Source of the DNA: Candidatus Woesearchaeota archaeon
Lineage (GTDB): Archaea; Nanobdellota; Nanobdellia; Woesearchaeales; ARS49
DNA length: 64,000 nucleotides
Direction of reading: 5' to 3'
NCBI GenBank assembly: GCA_017609645.1
Contig: JAFCDQ010000003.1
Location: 148,846-212,845 of the forward strand
Position numbers and translations under genes: made by a program. Shown here piece after piece: positions 18,056-26,374 of the stretch (position 1 is the first letter of the stretch; the number at the start of each line of letters is the position of its first letter). The notes under the pieces were generated by a model. The model saw only the letters and a program-made list of their open reading frames with translations, ran no database searches and was not told where the DNA came from.

Positions 18056-20187
18056 CTTAATACTGGTTTTAATAATGGCGCTTTAGCGATTGATTCATCT
18101 TTTATTTTGGTTATTTGGTCTAAATCTTCTATAAATCTTTGATCTTGAGGTACTTTGTCTATTGCAAGTGAAAAATATGTAAGCAGTAATTCTTCAGAAT
18201 CATATAGTTTATCAGGTGTGACTGTGAAGTCTATCTCCATCATAGTTGTTGGAAATGGATTTTCTGCATTAAATATCATGTCTTCTGGAGGTAGGTCATA
18301 CGATCTTCGTTTAGTTATAGGAATAAGTCCAAATATTTTTTCTGGTTCTATATATCTTGTGTCTTTTGGTATTACTATGTTTTTTGTTAAAAAGCCTGTT
18401 ATGGTGATTTTGTAGTTTCCTGGGATTAATGTTATTGTGTTTTCTTTTCCTCCTGATAAATCTGTTATTGCTGCAAAATCATCTTCAAACTGGCCTGGTT
18501 CTTTTGTAATCATAACCATCAATTCTTCTTCTTTATCTACTGGATGAAACTCGGTTGTATCTAGTTTCCATTTTCTTACTCCTTCTTTTTCATACAAATA
18601 TTTTCTGGCATTTACTTTGAGTTCTTTTTCTGGATACATTGTTATTGCAAGTTTTCCTTCTTTATCTCCTGTTGTTAATGGAGCATATATTGTCATGTAT
18701 CCTTGTCTTTTGATTTCTAATAATCCGTTCAAGCATCTTGGGAATTTAGAATTAAATATTCCTTGTGCTGTTGTTCCTAGCGCACATGCTGTGTCTCCAC
18801 AAGTGTAGATTATTGATGCATCATCTATGAATTCTTTTGTTGCATAATCTTTCAACTCGATATTTATTTCTCCGCTTGTTCTTTGGTTTGCTTTGCAGAA
18901 TAGGTTAGAGTCAAGATTTTTTAATGCTGCTGCCAGTTTTGTGTTTGATGTGAATGGATTATTATTTCTTAGGTTTGCTTCTAAGAAGAATTTAAAGCTG
19001 TATCCTTTGCCGCCTAGTGCATTTGGATTTGTTATCTCAACTAATACAGGTATGCTTATGTCATATGCAAAATTGTATTTTTGTATTCCAAATATGAAGA
19101 AGCTTTCTGATAATAATGAATTGTCAGGCCTGCATAATTCTCCGTCACAGTTTAAGTCTATGTAGGGTTTCCACCAGTCAAGATAATAAAATCTGACTTC
19201 TAAATCAGGATGAGGCGTGTCCATTGGTATTAAGAACTGTCTGTTGTACATTAGTTCATATGCTTCTGCATCTCTCACACCAGGTGGAGAAGGAACATAG
19301 TTGAAGTTTCTTGTTCCGCTTAATTGTAATAATGGAATATAGCTTGTGAGCATTTGAGTGATTTTCTTTTGTACTTTACTTTTTAACCAAAAGGTTTCTT
19401 TGCCTGTTTCAAATGTCATGTCAGATACAGGAGGCAGTGCATTTTTGTCAAGCTCAGAGAATGAATAAACCAGTTCTTTTATTGCATTTTCCAAGAAGGT
19501 GTATTCTATTTCTATGTTTGTTATGTCTGTTGCTAAATCATATATTTCTTTTAGGTTTACATTCACTGTTGCTGCAAAGTTAGCTAAGTCTTGTGTTGTT
19601 TTGTCTTTTGTTGCTTCTAACTCCCAATCTAATGAAATTAGAATGTCATTATCGCGGATGATTAATTCCACGTCAGGTCTTGATTTTTCTTCAACAACAT
19701 AGCCTTGTTCTCTTAATCCTGCAAAATTGTTGACGCATGCTGCAATGTTTTCTTCTACATAATCTGTTAATTGTTCTTCTATGTTTATTTTTCTTCCTGA
19801 GTATAGTTCAGGTCTTTTTGTTTCAAATGCACATTTGTCCTGGCATTTGTTTGGACTTTGCATATACCACCAATATGGTGATACAGGACCTTTCCCTCCT
19901 AATGATACTGCATCTGCTTCTGTTGGCGCATAAGGATTTTGTGCATAGTCAGGCAGGATATATCCTCCTTGCGAGCCTAATAAGTCAAGTCCATCTATTG
20001 TTGTTTTCTTGATGCAGAGCAGCACATAACTTGTTACAGGATCTGCTTCTGCGATTGGCACTACAGGAGTTATTGCTTTTCTTTCTATTGGTTTTTCCGC
20101 AACCTGAACAAAATAGATGACTAAAGCTATTGTGATTAATAGAATTATTCCTATTATAATGAACAATGTTACTTGTCCTTTTCTCAT
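18052..20187 (-). CDS. Large (711 aa) protein with a class III (type IV prepilin-like) signal peptide; paralog of 9250..11241
   Basis: N-terminus MRKGQVTLFIIIGIILLITIALVIYFV. A Shine-Dalgarno-like AGAGGAAAC precedes the ATG. It shares the N-terminal domain with the 663-aa paralog. Confidence 0.7.
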   Translation of the reverse strand: MRKGQVTLFIIIGIILLITIALVIYFVQVAEKPIERKAITPVVPIAEADPVTSYVLLCIKKTTIDGLDLLGSQGGYILPDYAQNPYAPTEADAVSLGGKGPVSPYWWYMQSPNKCQDKCAFETKRPELYSGRKINIEEQLTDYVEENIAACVNNFAGLREQGYVVEEKSRPDVELIIRDNDILISLDWELEATKDKTTQDLANFAATVNVNLKEIYDLATDITNIEIEYTFLENAIKELVYSFSELDKNALPPVSDMTFETGKETFWLKSKVQKKITQMLTSYIPLLQLSGTRNFNYVPSPPGVRDAEAYELMYNRQFLIPMDTPHPDLEVRFYYLDWWKPYIDLNCDGELCRPDNSLLSESFFIFGIQKYNFAYDISIPVLVEITNPNALGGKGYSFKFFLEANLRNNNPFTSNTKLAAALKNLDSNLFCKANQRTSGEINIELKDYATKEFIDDASIIYTCGDTACALGTTAQGIFNSKFPRCLNGLLEIKRQGYMTIYAPLTTGDKEGKLAITMYPEKELKVNARKYLYEKEGVRKWKLDTTEFHPVDKEEELMVMITKEPGQFEDDFAAITDLSGGKENTITLIPGNYKITITGFLTKNIVIPKDTRYIEPEKIFGLIPITKRRSYDLPPEDMIFNAENPFPTTMMEIDFTVTPDKLYDSEELLLTYFSLAIDKVPQDQRFIEDLDQITKIKDESIAKAPLLKPVLR

Positions 20188-20207
20188 ATAGTTTCCTCTT
20201 TTTTTAG

Positions 20208-21122
20208 TCAGCTGACTTTCAACGTTATCGGAATTTTTGTCAGTTTTCCTAAATCAGATGCTATCACAGTTATGATTTTATCTCCTGTGACTCCTGCTTT
20301 TGGTATGATTATCATTTGATTTCTTTCAACTCTTATGTCTATGCCATCCTCTGTGGTGGATAAAAATACTAATTCATCACCTTCTGGATCTTTGAATTGT
20401 TTTGAAAGGTCTATTATTGTTTTTCCTTTAACTGCAAAGTCTTTTGATTCTCCTATCCATTCTGGAGGCTGGTTCTCTGTTCTTTCGATATGGTAAATTA
20501 ATTCATTTACTTCTAGCCTTCCATTTATTACTTCAACAAATAATTTAGCTACAACTCCTTCAAAATCATTTAATGTACAAGTGTCTAAGCATGATTTTGT
20601 GAATTTTCCTTCATCATCTAATGCAACTTGTTCAGTATCAAACACCAAGACTAATTGCTCTTTATGTTCTAAGAATACTTTTGCTGATTCTCCTTCAAAT
20701 TTTCCAGATATAGCAAAGGATAATGGTACTTGTTTCAACATACCTGTTGAGACTGTTGTGTTTTCAAATACTAAAGTTACTGGTTGTGATATTTCATCTT
20801 GAAATGTTGTTAATCCTACAATCCCTGGATTTAATGCAACAATTATGCTAAAGACTATTATCAGCACTCCTGCGACTATGATGTTTAATGGCATTTTGGT
20901 CGTGCCTTTTTGCACTTCTTTTATTCTGTTGAATACTTTTGTTATTTGATCATATGCTAGTTCTCTTTGAAATTCATCCATGTTTGTTTTCATTAATTTA
21001 GAATAAATATCTAGAAGCAGGTAATATTGTTTTCTGGCAGAGTCTACTCTGCTTGCATCCAAGTGTTGCTGGGCTTTATAGTAGCTTTCTACGAAATCTT
21101 TGACTAGTTGACTTTGTTCCAT
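20208..21122 (-). CDS. Single-pass (type II) membrane protein, hypothetical: about 75-aa cytoplasmic N-terminal domain plus an extracellular beta-rich domain
   Basis: 304 aa with one hydrophobic segment (LNIIVAGVLIIVFSIIVAL) after a charged N-terminal region. First gene of the locus on the minus strand. Confidence 0.55.
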   Translation of the reverse strand: MEQSQLVKDFVESYYKAQQHLDASRVDSARKQYYLLLDIYSKLMKTNMDEFQRELAYDQITKVFNRIKEVQKGTTKMPLNIIVAGVLIIVFSIIVALNPGIVGLTTFQDEISQPVTLVFENTTVSTGMLKQVPLSFAISGKFEGESAKVFLEHKEQLVLVFDTEQVALDDEGKFTKSCLDTCTLNDFEGVVAKLFVEVINGRLEVNELIYHIERTENQPPEWIGESKDFAVKGKTIIDLSKQFKDPEGDELVFLSTTEDGIDIRVERNQMIIIPKAGVTGDKIITVIASDLGKLTKIPITLKVS

Positions 21123-21223
21123 ATCACCACCTTTTACTTTTAAATAAGATTACGTTTTACTTTATAAATGTTTCGGATGTTTATCGTCGAAAAAGTGTTT
21201 TTGAGAACAAGTTAAAATTTTAC

Positions 21224-21781
21224 TTATTTTTTAGTTTCTTCAGAAGGTTTTTCTTCTTTTTTTTCAGCTTCTTTAGGTTTTTCTGCAGGTTTCTCTGCTT
21301 TCTTAGGTTCTTCTTTAGGTTTTTCTTCCTTAGGTGCTTCTTTTTTTGGCTCTTCTTTTACTGTTTCTTTAGGTTTTTCTGCTGGTTTCTCTGCTTTCTT
21401 AGGCTCTTCTTTCTTTTCTTCAATCAATTTTTCTTTGCCTTCTTTTAAGATTTTTAAGTTGATTTGAGAAATTTTAGCATGAACTGCGTTTCCACAGACT
21501 GTTTTTCTTACTTTTATTCCTTTTCCTTTCTTTTTCAAGCCTACGCCTTGTACTGCAAATATTCTTTTTCTGATTGGCCCGTCAATATCTTTTCGCATTG
21601 GAAATCCACAGGAATCACTGCCTCCTGTTATTTCAAATTCATACCCTGCAAATCCGATTGTCTCCCCTGCTATCTTTTCACCTATTTTTTTACCTATAAA
21701 GCTTGAGGATTCATCTTCTGATAGTTCTTTTTGCAGGCATTTGCCTTTTTTTGTGCCAATTACGATTTTAAATGCAGTCAT
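21224..21781 (-). CDS. rps6e: 30S ribosomal protein S6e with a 65-aa Lys/Glu/Pro-rich C-terminal repeat tail
   Basis: MTAFKIVIGTKKGKCLQ...ITGGSDSCGFPMRKDIDGP matches the archaeal S6e N-terminus and core. The tail contains EEPKKAEKPAEKPKE twice. Confidence 0.85.
   Translation of the reverse strand: MTAFKIVIGTKKGKCLQKELSEDESSSFIGKKIGEKIAGETIGFAGYEFEITGGSDSCGFPMRKDIDGPIRKRIFAVQGVGLKKKGKGIKVRKTVCGNAVHAKISQINLKILKEGKEKLIEEKKEEPKKAEKPAEKPKETVKEEPKKEAPKEEKPKEEPKKAEKPAEKPKEAEKKEEKPSEETKK
21271..21412 (-). repeat. Direct repeat of 96 nt (two 46-nt copies, 2 mismatches) encoding the duplicated EEPKKAEKPAEKPKE block in the S6e tail
   Basis: CTTTAGGTTTTTCTGC[A/T]GGTTTCTCTGCTTTCTTAGG[T/C]TCTTCTTT occurs at 21271-21316 and 21367-21412. 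Confidence 0.6.
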
Positions 21782-21805
21782 GATTTAAGTTAAAATTAGC
21801 TGTTG

Positions 21806-21824
21806 ATTTAAAAAGGTTTTGGTA
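21806..21824 (-). promoter_or_regulatory. Candidate BRE/TATA promoter of rps6e (leaderless): ATTTAAAAAGGTTTTGGTA, identical to the 19-mer upstream of rpl21e
   Basis: In the minus sense it reads TACCAAAACCTTTTTAAAT, followed by 24 nt and then the ATG. The same 19-mer occurs at 61413-61431, 25 nt upstream of the rpl21e ATG. Confidence 0.4.
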
Positions 21825-21833
21825 ATAGAAGAG

Positions 21834-22178
21834 TTATGATATGAGCTTTAATTTTCCTGTTACTTTGTCTATTTCTTTTTCTTTGTCAGGACCTATTGCT
21901 AAACAAGTTACTGTTCCTGGTTCTAAATGAGTTTTGCCAGCATCGATTATTAATGCTGTTTTTAATTTTAATTGACCTGCTTTTTTCTTGTATTCCATCA
22001 ATTCTGTTTTGTCTTTGACTTTAAGGATTGATTTTTTCATTCCTTCTTTTTGCCAGCTGTCAATTTTTGTTTTAGAACTCTTTAATACAGCATCAACACT
22101 TGCATGGCTGCATTGTGCTGCCATTTTTCCTTTTGACAATTTTAAGTCAGTTCGCACTAGTATTACTTGTTTGTACAT
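21834..22178 (-). CDS. pth2: Peptidyl-tRNA hydrolase, archaeal/eukaryotic PTH2 type
   Basis: VILVRTDLKLSKGKMAAQCSHASV is the PTH2 signature; 114 aa. Confidence 0.85.
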   Translation of the reverse strand: MYKQVILVRTDLKLSKGKMAAQCSHASVDAVLKSSKTKIDSWQKEGMKKSILKVKDKTELMEYKKKAGQLKLKTALIIDAGKTHLEPGTVTCLAIGPDKEKEIDKVTGKLKLIS

Positions 22179-22198
22179 TGTAATATAAAAAAAAGAAA

Positions 22199-22675
22199 TT
22201 AATTAGGGAATATATCCCTATTTCTTGTTGGAATACAGACTCTATCTGCAGAGTCATACCAATCTAAAGTCTGATGCCCAATATCTGCTAGATAACAAAG
22301 CACATCTGAGTTTATTCTTCCTTGATATAATGGAAGATTATATTGTCTTAGCGTTTGTCCTCTTTGTGCTTTATCTTCTACAACATAACATTTTATTTGA
22401 TCTTGCGGAATTATTTGTTTATCAGACCTTCTATTCCCCCATATAGTTCTACATTGAGGAATATGTTCTACTCCGCCTCCTATAATAATGTAATGAGCTT
22501 GATCATATGACATTCCGCCTGTTTCTCCGACATAGGGTTTGTTATATGTCATGCCCGCATACCATGATTCTCCTGTTGTACTTGCTCTTGTAAATAGCAA
22601 GACTAATCCTATAATGGCTATGATTGTTATAACACCTAAAATAACTAATCCTAATCCTACTTGACCTTTTTTCAT
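22199..22675 (-). CDS. Small (158 aa) pilin-like protein with a class III signal peptide
   Basis: MKKGQVGLGLVILGVITIIAIIGLVLLF. A perfect Shine-Dalgarno GGAGGT (22682-22687 on +) lies 6 nt upstream of the ATG. Confidence 0.65.
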   Translation of the reverse strand: MKKGQVGLGLVILGVITIIAIIGLVLLFTRASTTGESWYAGMTYNKPYVGETGGMSYDQAHYIIIGGGVEHIPQCRTIWGNRRSDKQIIPQDQIKCYVVEDKAQRGQTLRQYNLPLYQGRINSDVLCYLADIGHQTLDWYDSADRVCIPTRNRDIFPN

Positions 22676-22745
22676 TTTTGAACCTCCTTTTTGACTATTA
22701 TATACTTTAATTACGTATATTGATATTTAAATGTTTTGTCTTGTT

Positions 22746-24629
22746 TTACTTCTTTAATTCAATCTCCTCTTTCAAATCTTTAACAAACTTGTTCAGATTT
22801 ACATTATTAATTACTTCATTACTTCTTGTTCTAACTGTCAGCTTGCCGCTTTTCTCTTCTTTTTCTCCAAACACCAGCATATAATTTATTTTGTCTACTT
22901 GCGCTTCTCTTACTTTCTTACCTATACTTTCAGATCTGTTATCTGATGTAACTATGAATCCTTCTTGTATTAATTCTTGTTTTAATTTCTCTGCTTTTTT
23001 GACAAATCTGTCAGCTATTGTTAATATCCTTATTTGTTCAGGTGAAATCCATAATGGAAACTTTCCTGCATAATGTTCTATTAATATTCCTAAGAATCTT
23101 TCTATTGATCCGTATATTGTTCTGTGCAGCATAACAGGACGATGCTTTTTGCCGTCTTGTCCTTCATATGTAAGATCAAATTTCTCTGGCATTAAAAAAT
23201 CAAGTTGTATTGTTCCACACTGCCAGGTTCTTCCTATTGCATCTTTGATGTGAAAGTCAATTTTTGGTCCATAAAATGCGCCGTCTCCTGGATTGACTTG
23301 ATATTTCATTTTTTTTGCTTTCATTGCATCTGCTAATGATTTTTCTGCAATTTTCCAGACTTTTGGATCTCCCATGGCTTTTTCAGGCTTAGTTGAAAGT
23401 TCTACATGATAGTCAAAGTCAAATACAGAATATACTCTGTCTACTAGCTCTATTAATTCTATTATTTGTTCTTGCAGTTGCTCTTCTGTGCAAAATATGT
23501 GCGCATCATCTTGTGTGAATGCTCTTACTCTAAACAATCCGCTTAGCACTCCTGAAAGTTCATGTCTGTGCACTAGTCCAAATTCTCCTGCTTTTATCGG
23601 AAGTTCTCTGTAAGAATGTGCTTTTGTCTTATAGATAAGCATGTTTCCAGGACAGTTCATTGGTTTTAATGCATAATCTTGATTATCAATTTTAGTAAAG
23701 TACATATTTTCTTTGTAATGATTCCAATGTCCAGAACGCAGCCATAATTCTTTGTTTAATATGATTGGCGTTTTGTTTATTTCATAATTTAATTTTTTGA
23801 TTTCTTCTGTCATGTACTGAATTAATTTATCAAAAATATATGTTCCTTTATCATGAAAAAATGGCATTCCTGCAGCTTCTTCGTGAAAACTAAACAAGTC
23901 AAGCTGTTTTCCTAGTTTTCTATGATCTCTTTTTTCAGCTTCTTGTAATTTGAATAAATATTGTTTTAGTTCTTTTTGGTCAGGAAAACTTATGCCGTAA
24001 ACTCTTGTTAATTGTTTATTTTCTGCTTTTCCTTTCCAGTATGCTCCTGCTAGTTTCATTAGTTTGAATCCTTGGATGAATCTTGTTGAGGGAATATGCG
24101 GTCCTCTGCATAGATCAATAAAGTCTCCGCATTCGTATGCGGTTAGTTTTTCTCCTTCTTTTTCAAATTCTTTTGCCATCTCTAGTTTATATTCATTTTT
24201 TGGAAAATGTTTTTTCACATCTGCTAATTTCCATGTTGTTTTTTTGAATGGATAATTTTTTGCAACTATTTTTTTCACTTCTGTTTCTATTTCTGGAAAA
24301 TCATCTAGGGTGAGTTCTATATTGTCAAAATCATAATAAAATCCATTTTCAACAGCTGGCCCAATTGTTATTTTTACATCAGGATATAAATTTCTAACAG
24401 CATATGCTAGTACATGTGCAGAACTGTGCCAGAAGATGTCTTGTCCTTCTTTATCTCTAAATGTAATAAATTTCACTTCACAATCTTTGTTAATTTTTGT
24501 AAACAAATCAAGTGGAACATCATCTACTTTAATCGCAAGGACACCTCTTGCCTTCTCTTTTTTAACAACTTCCTCTCCAGTTATCCCCTTTGGATATTCT
24601 TTTTTCTTCCCATTTACAACTAATTTCAC
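22746..24629 (-). CDS. thrS: Threonyl-tRNA synthetase with a bacterial/eukaryotic-type N-terminus (TGS domain plus zinc-containing editing domain)
   Basis: Class II motifs (RHELSGVLSGLFRVRAFTQDDAHIF), the editing-domain HSSAHVLAYAV motif and N-terminal TGS-like MKLVVNGKKKEYPKG; 627 aa. Confidence 0.95.
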   Translation of the reverse strand: MKLVVNGKKKEYPKGITGEEVVKKEKARGVLAIKVDDVPLDLFTKINKDCEVKFITFRDKEGQDIFWHSSAHVLAYAVRNLYPDVKITIGPAVENGFYYDFDNIELTLDDFPEIETEVKKIVAKNYPFKKTTWKLADVKKHFPKNEYKLEMAKEFEKEGEKLTAYECGDFIDLCRGPHIPSTRFIQGFKLMKLAGAYWKGKAENKQLTRVYGISFPDQKELKQYLFKLQEAEKRDHRKLGKQLDLFSFHEEAAGMPFFHDKGTYIFDKLIQYMTEEIKKLNYEINKTPIILNKELWLRSGHWNHYKENMYFTKIDNQDYALKPMNCPGNMLIYKTKAHSYRELPIKAGEFGLVHRHELSGVLSGLFRVRAFTQDDAHIFCTEEQLQEQIIELIELVDRVYSVFDFDYHVELSTKPEKAMGDPKVWKIAEKSLADAMKAKKMKYQVNPGDGAFYGPKIDFHIKDAIGRTWQCGTIQLDFLMPEKFDLTYEGQDGKKHRPVMLHRTIYGSIERFLGILIEHYAGKFPLWISPEQIRILTIADRFVKKAEKLKQELIQEGFIVTSDNRSESIGKKVREAQVDKINYMLVFGEKEEKSGKLTVRTRSNEVINNVNLNKFVKDLKEEIELKK

Positions 24630-24691
24630 TTCTTACACCTTCTTTTGATAAGTTATATCAAGGCATATAAAAACCTTTTCAGAAATAGTTG

Positions 24692-26302
24692 TTAATTTCC
24701 TTTCACTAAATAATTTCCATCTTTGTTTATCACAGTATTTACTGTTTTAATATCAAAAGGATAATATTTTACTATTTTAAGATTCATTTTTGCGGATACT
24801 TTAGTAGCACCGATTGTTGTTCTGCTTCCTGCATATCTTCTGACAAAATTAAAGAAGTTTCCTTGATCTTCTTTTCCTCCTTCAGCTGTGCTGCAAGAGT
24901 CTAAAAAGATAACTGCATCTTTTGCTAACATAGAAAGATATGTGCCAATATCTGTATCAGTTATATCTAATCTTTGATTTTCTTCACGTCCGCCATACAT
25001 TATTCCTTTTTTTGATCCATGTCCTGAAAGAATAAGTAATTTTGTGTCTTTATTTTTCATAGCTTCTATTGTTTCATATACTTGTTTTTCATTTTCTGCG
25101 ATTGCGAGTTTAATATCATAATGTTTCTTTATTGAATTAAAAAATTTAACCATCGTGTTCATTTCAAAAACTTTCATTGAAGAATGTGTTTTTCCTTCAC
25201 TATAAGGCAAGATCCAAACTGCATTTGGTTTTTCTGTATCTTTAAAATTTAATATTTCATCTGTTGTTAATCCAAGTTGTGCAAATCTATAAATTCTCAT
25301 TCCATCATAACCTTTTTTAGCTAATTTTTCTGCATATCCAAACAAATCATAATCTTCTTTTTCTAAAACTTTATCAAAACCATAGAATTTTTCAACTTTT
25401 CTAAATTTGGATATTTGTTCTGAATTTGTAAAAACAGGATTTCCTTTATTGTCTTTAAATTCTAATAATTTCTTTGCAAATTCATAAGTACCTTTTGCTC
25501 TTTTAAATTCGGTTAATTCACTCTCATCAACAAATATTTGTTCTCCTTTTTCATTTTCTAAAGTTAACATTTTTTCTGCATATTCTTTAGTTCCTCCAAC
25601 TGAAAAATAATTTGAAATATAATGATCAAACAAAAGATTTCCTTTTTTTGTTTTTATTTTCATTAATTCAAGAAGTTTTTCATGTGAAATGTTTGCTTTA
25701 TAAAGTTTAATTATGTCTCCAGACAGATCGAGAGAAAACAACTTTGTTCCATCTGATTTTTTTGATTTGGCAAATCGCATTACATAATCTACAGGAACTT
25801 TTGCCTTTGATAATTCGCATATTTCAGAGTTAAAAAATGTAAAATATGAACGATTTCCCTTTTTATCTCTCACTTTTTTAAGTTTAATGGCATAATCAAC
25901 AGGAACTTTAGCTTTATATAAATCATAAATAAAATCTTCAAAAATAAATAATCTATCTTCCTCTTCATCTCTCGCATTTAATAATTTTTTAGCATAAGAA
26001 ACATCCATATCTCCTGGAAATTTGTATCCGTCAATAATTATATCCTTTAATTTTGGTTTTTCCTTTTCTACTTTACCTTCCAATGTCTGCGGTTGACTCT
26101 GTGTTTGAGAAATAGTTTGTATTTGTGGTTTTGTCTGTACTTTCTTTTTTCTTTTTGTTTGCACTTCTTCTTTTGTTTGAGAATGATAAACTGGCTCTAT
26201 AGGGATAATTTCAGTTGTATTACTACAACCTGTCAAAACACTCCAAGCTAATACAGCTGTTGCAAATATTCCACCAACTAATCTTCCTAACTCCATAATC
26301 AC
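24692..26302 (-). CDS. Lipoprotein with six or more internal repeats of about 35 aa and a C-terminal CHAT/caspase-like (clan CD) domain
   Basis: Lipobox LTGC at the end of the signal peptide; repeats of the form LYKAKVPVDYAIKLKKVRDKKGN..F. The C-terminus has KLLILSGHGS...(about 40 aa)...VIFLDSCSTAEGG, the His/Cys dyad spacing typical of CHAT/caspase-fold enzymes. Confidence 0.6.
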   Translation of the reverse strand: MIMELGRLVGGIFATAVLAWSVLTGCSNTTEIIPIEPVYHSQTKEEVQTKRKKKVQTKPQIQTISQTQSQPQTLEGKVEKEKPKLKDIIIDGYKFPGDMDVSYAKKLLNARDEEEDRLFIFEDFIYDLYKAKVPVDYAIKLKKVRDKKGNRSYFTFFNSEICELSKAKVPVDYVMRFAKSKKSDGTKLFSLDLSGDIIKLYKANISHEKLLELMKIKTKKGNLLFDHYISNYFSVGGTKEYAEKMLTLENEKGEQIFVDESELTEFKRAKGTYEFAKKLLEFKDNKGNPVFTNSEQISKFRKVEKFYGFDKVLEKEDYDLFGYAEKLAKKGYDGMRIYRFAQLGLTTDEILNFKDTEKPNAVWILPYSEGKTHSSMKVFEMNTMVKFFNSIKKHYDIKLAIAENEKQVYETIEAMKNKDTKLLILSGHGSKKGIMYGGREENQRLDITDTDIGTYLSMLAKDAVIFLDSCSTAEGGKEDQGNFFNFVRRYAGSRTTIGATKVSAKMNLKIVKYYPFDIKTVNTVINKDGNYLVKGN

Positions 26303-26374
26303 TATAAAGTAGCTATTTTATATATAAATCTTTCTCTCCCAAAGCTTTAAAAAACAATAAAACATCAATAACTC

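Noticed and set aside
2405-20187. Dozens of 60-130-aa plus-strand ORFs inside the giant minus-strand genes (for example 5670..6329, 7722..8075 and 13587..13991)
   Set aside because: Their translations are L/F/S-rich low-complexity sequence typical of the antisense of K/E-rich coding sequence, and they are nested entirely within long, clean minus-strand ORFs.
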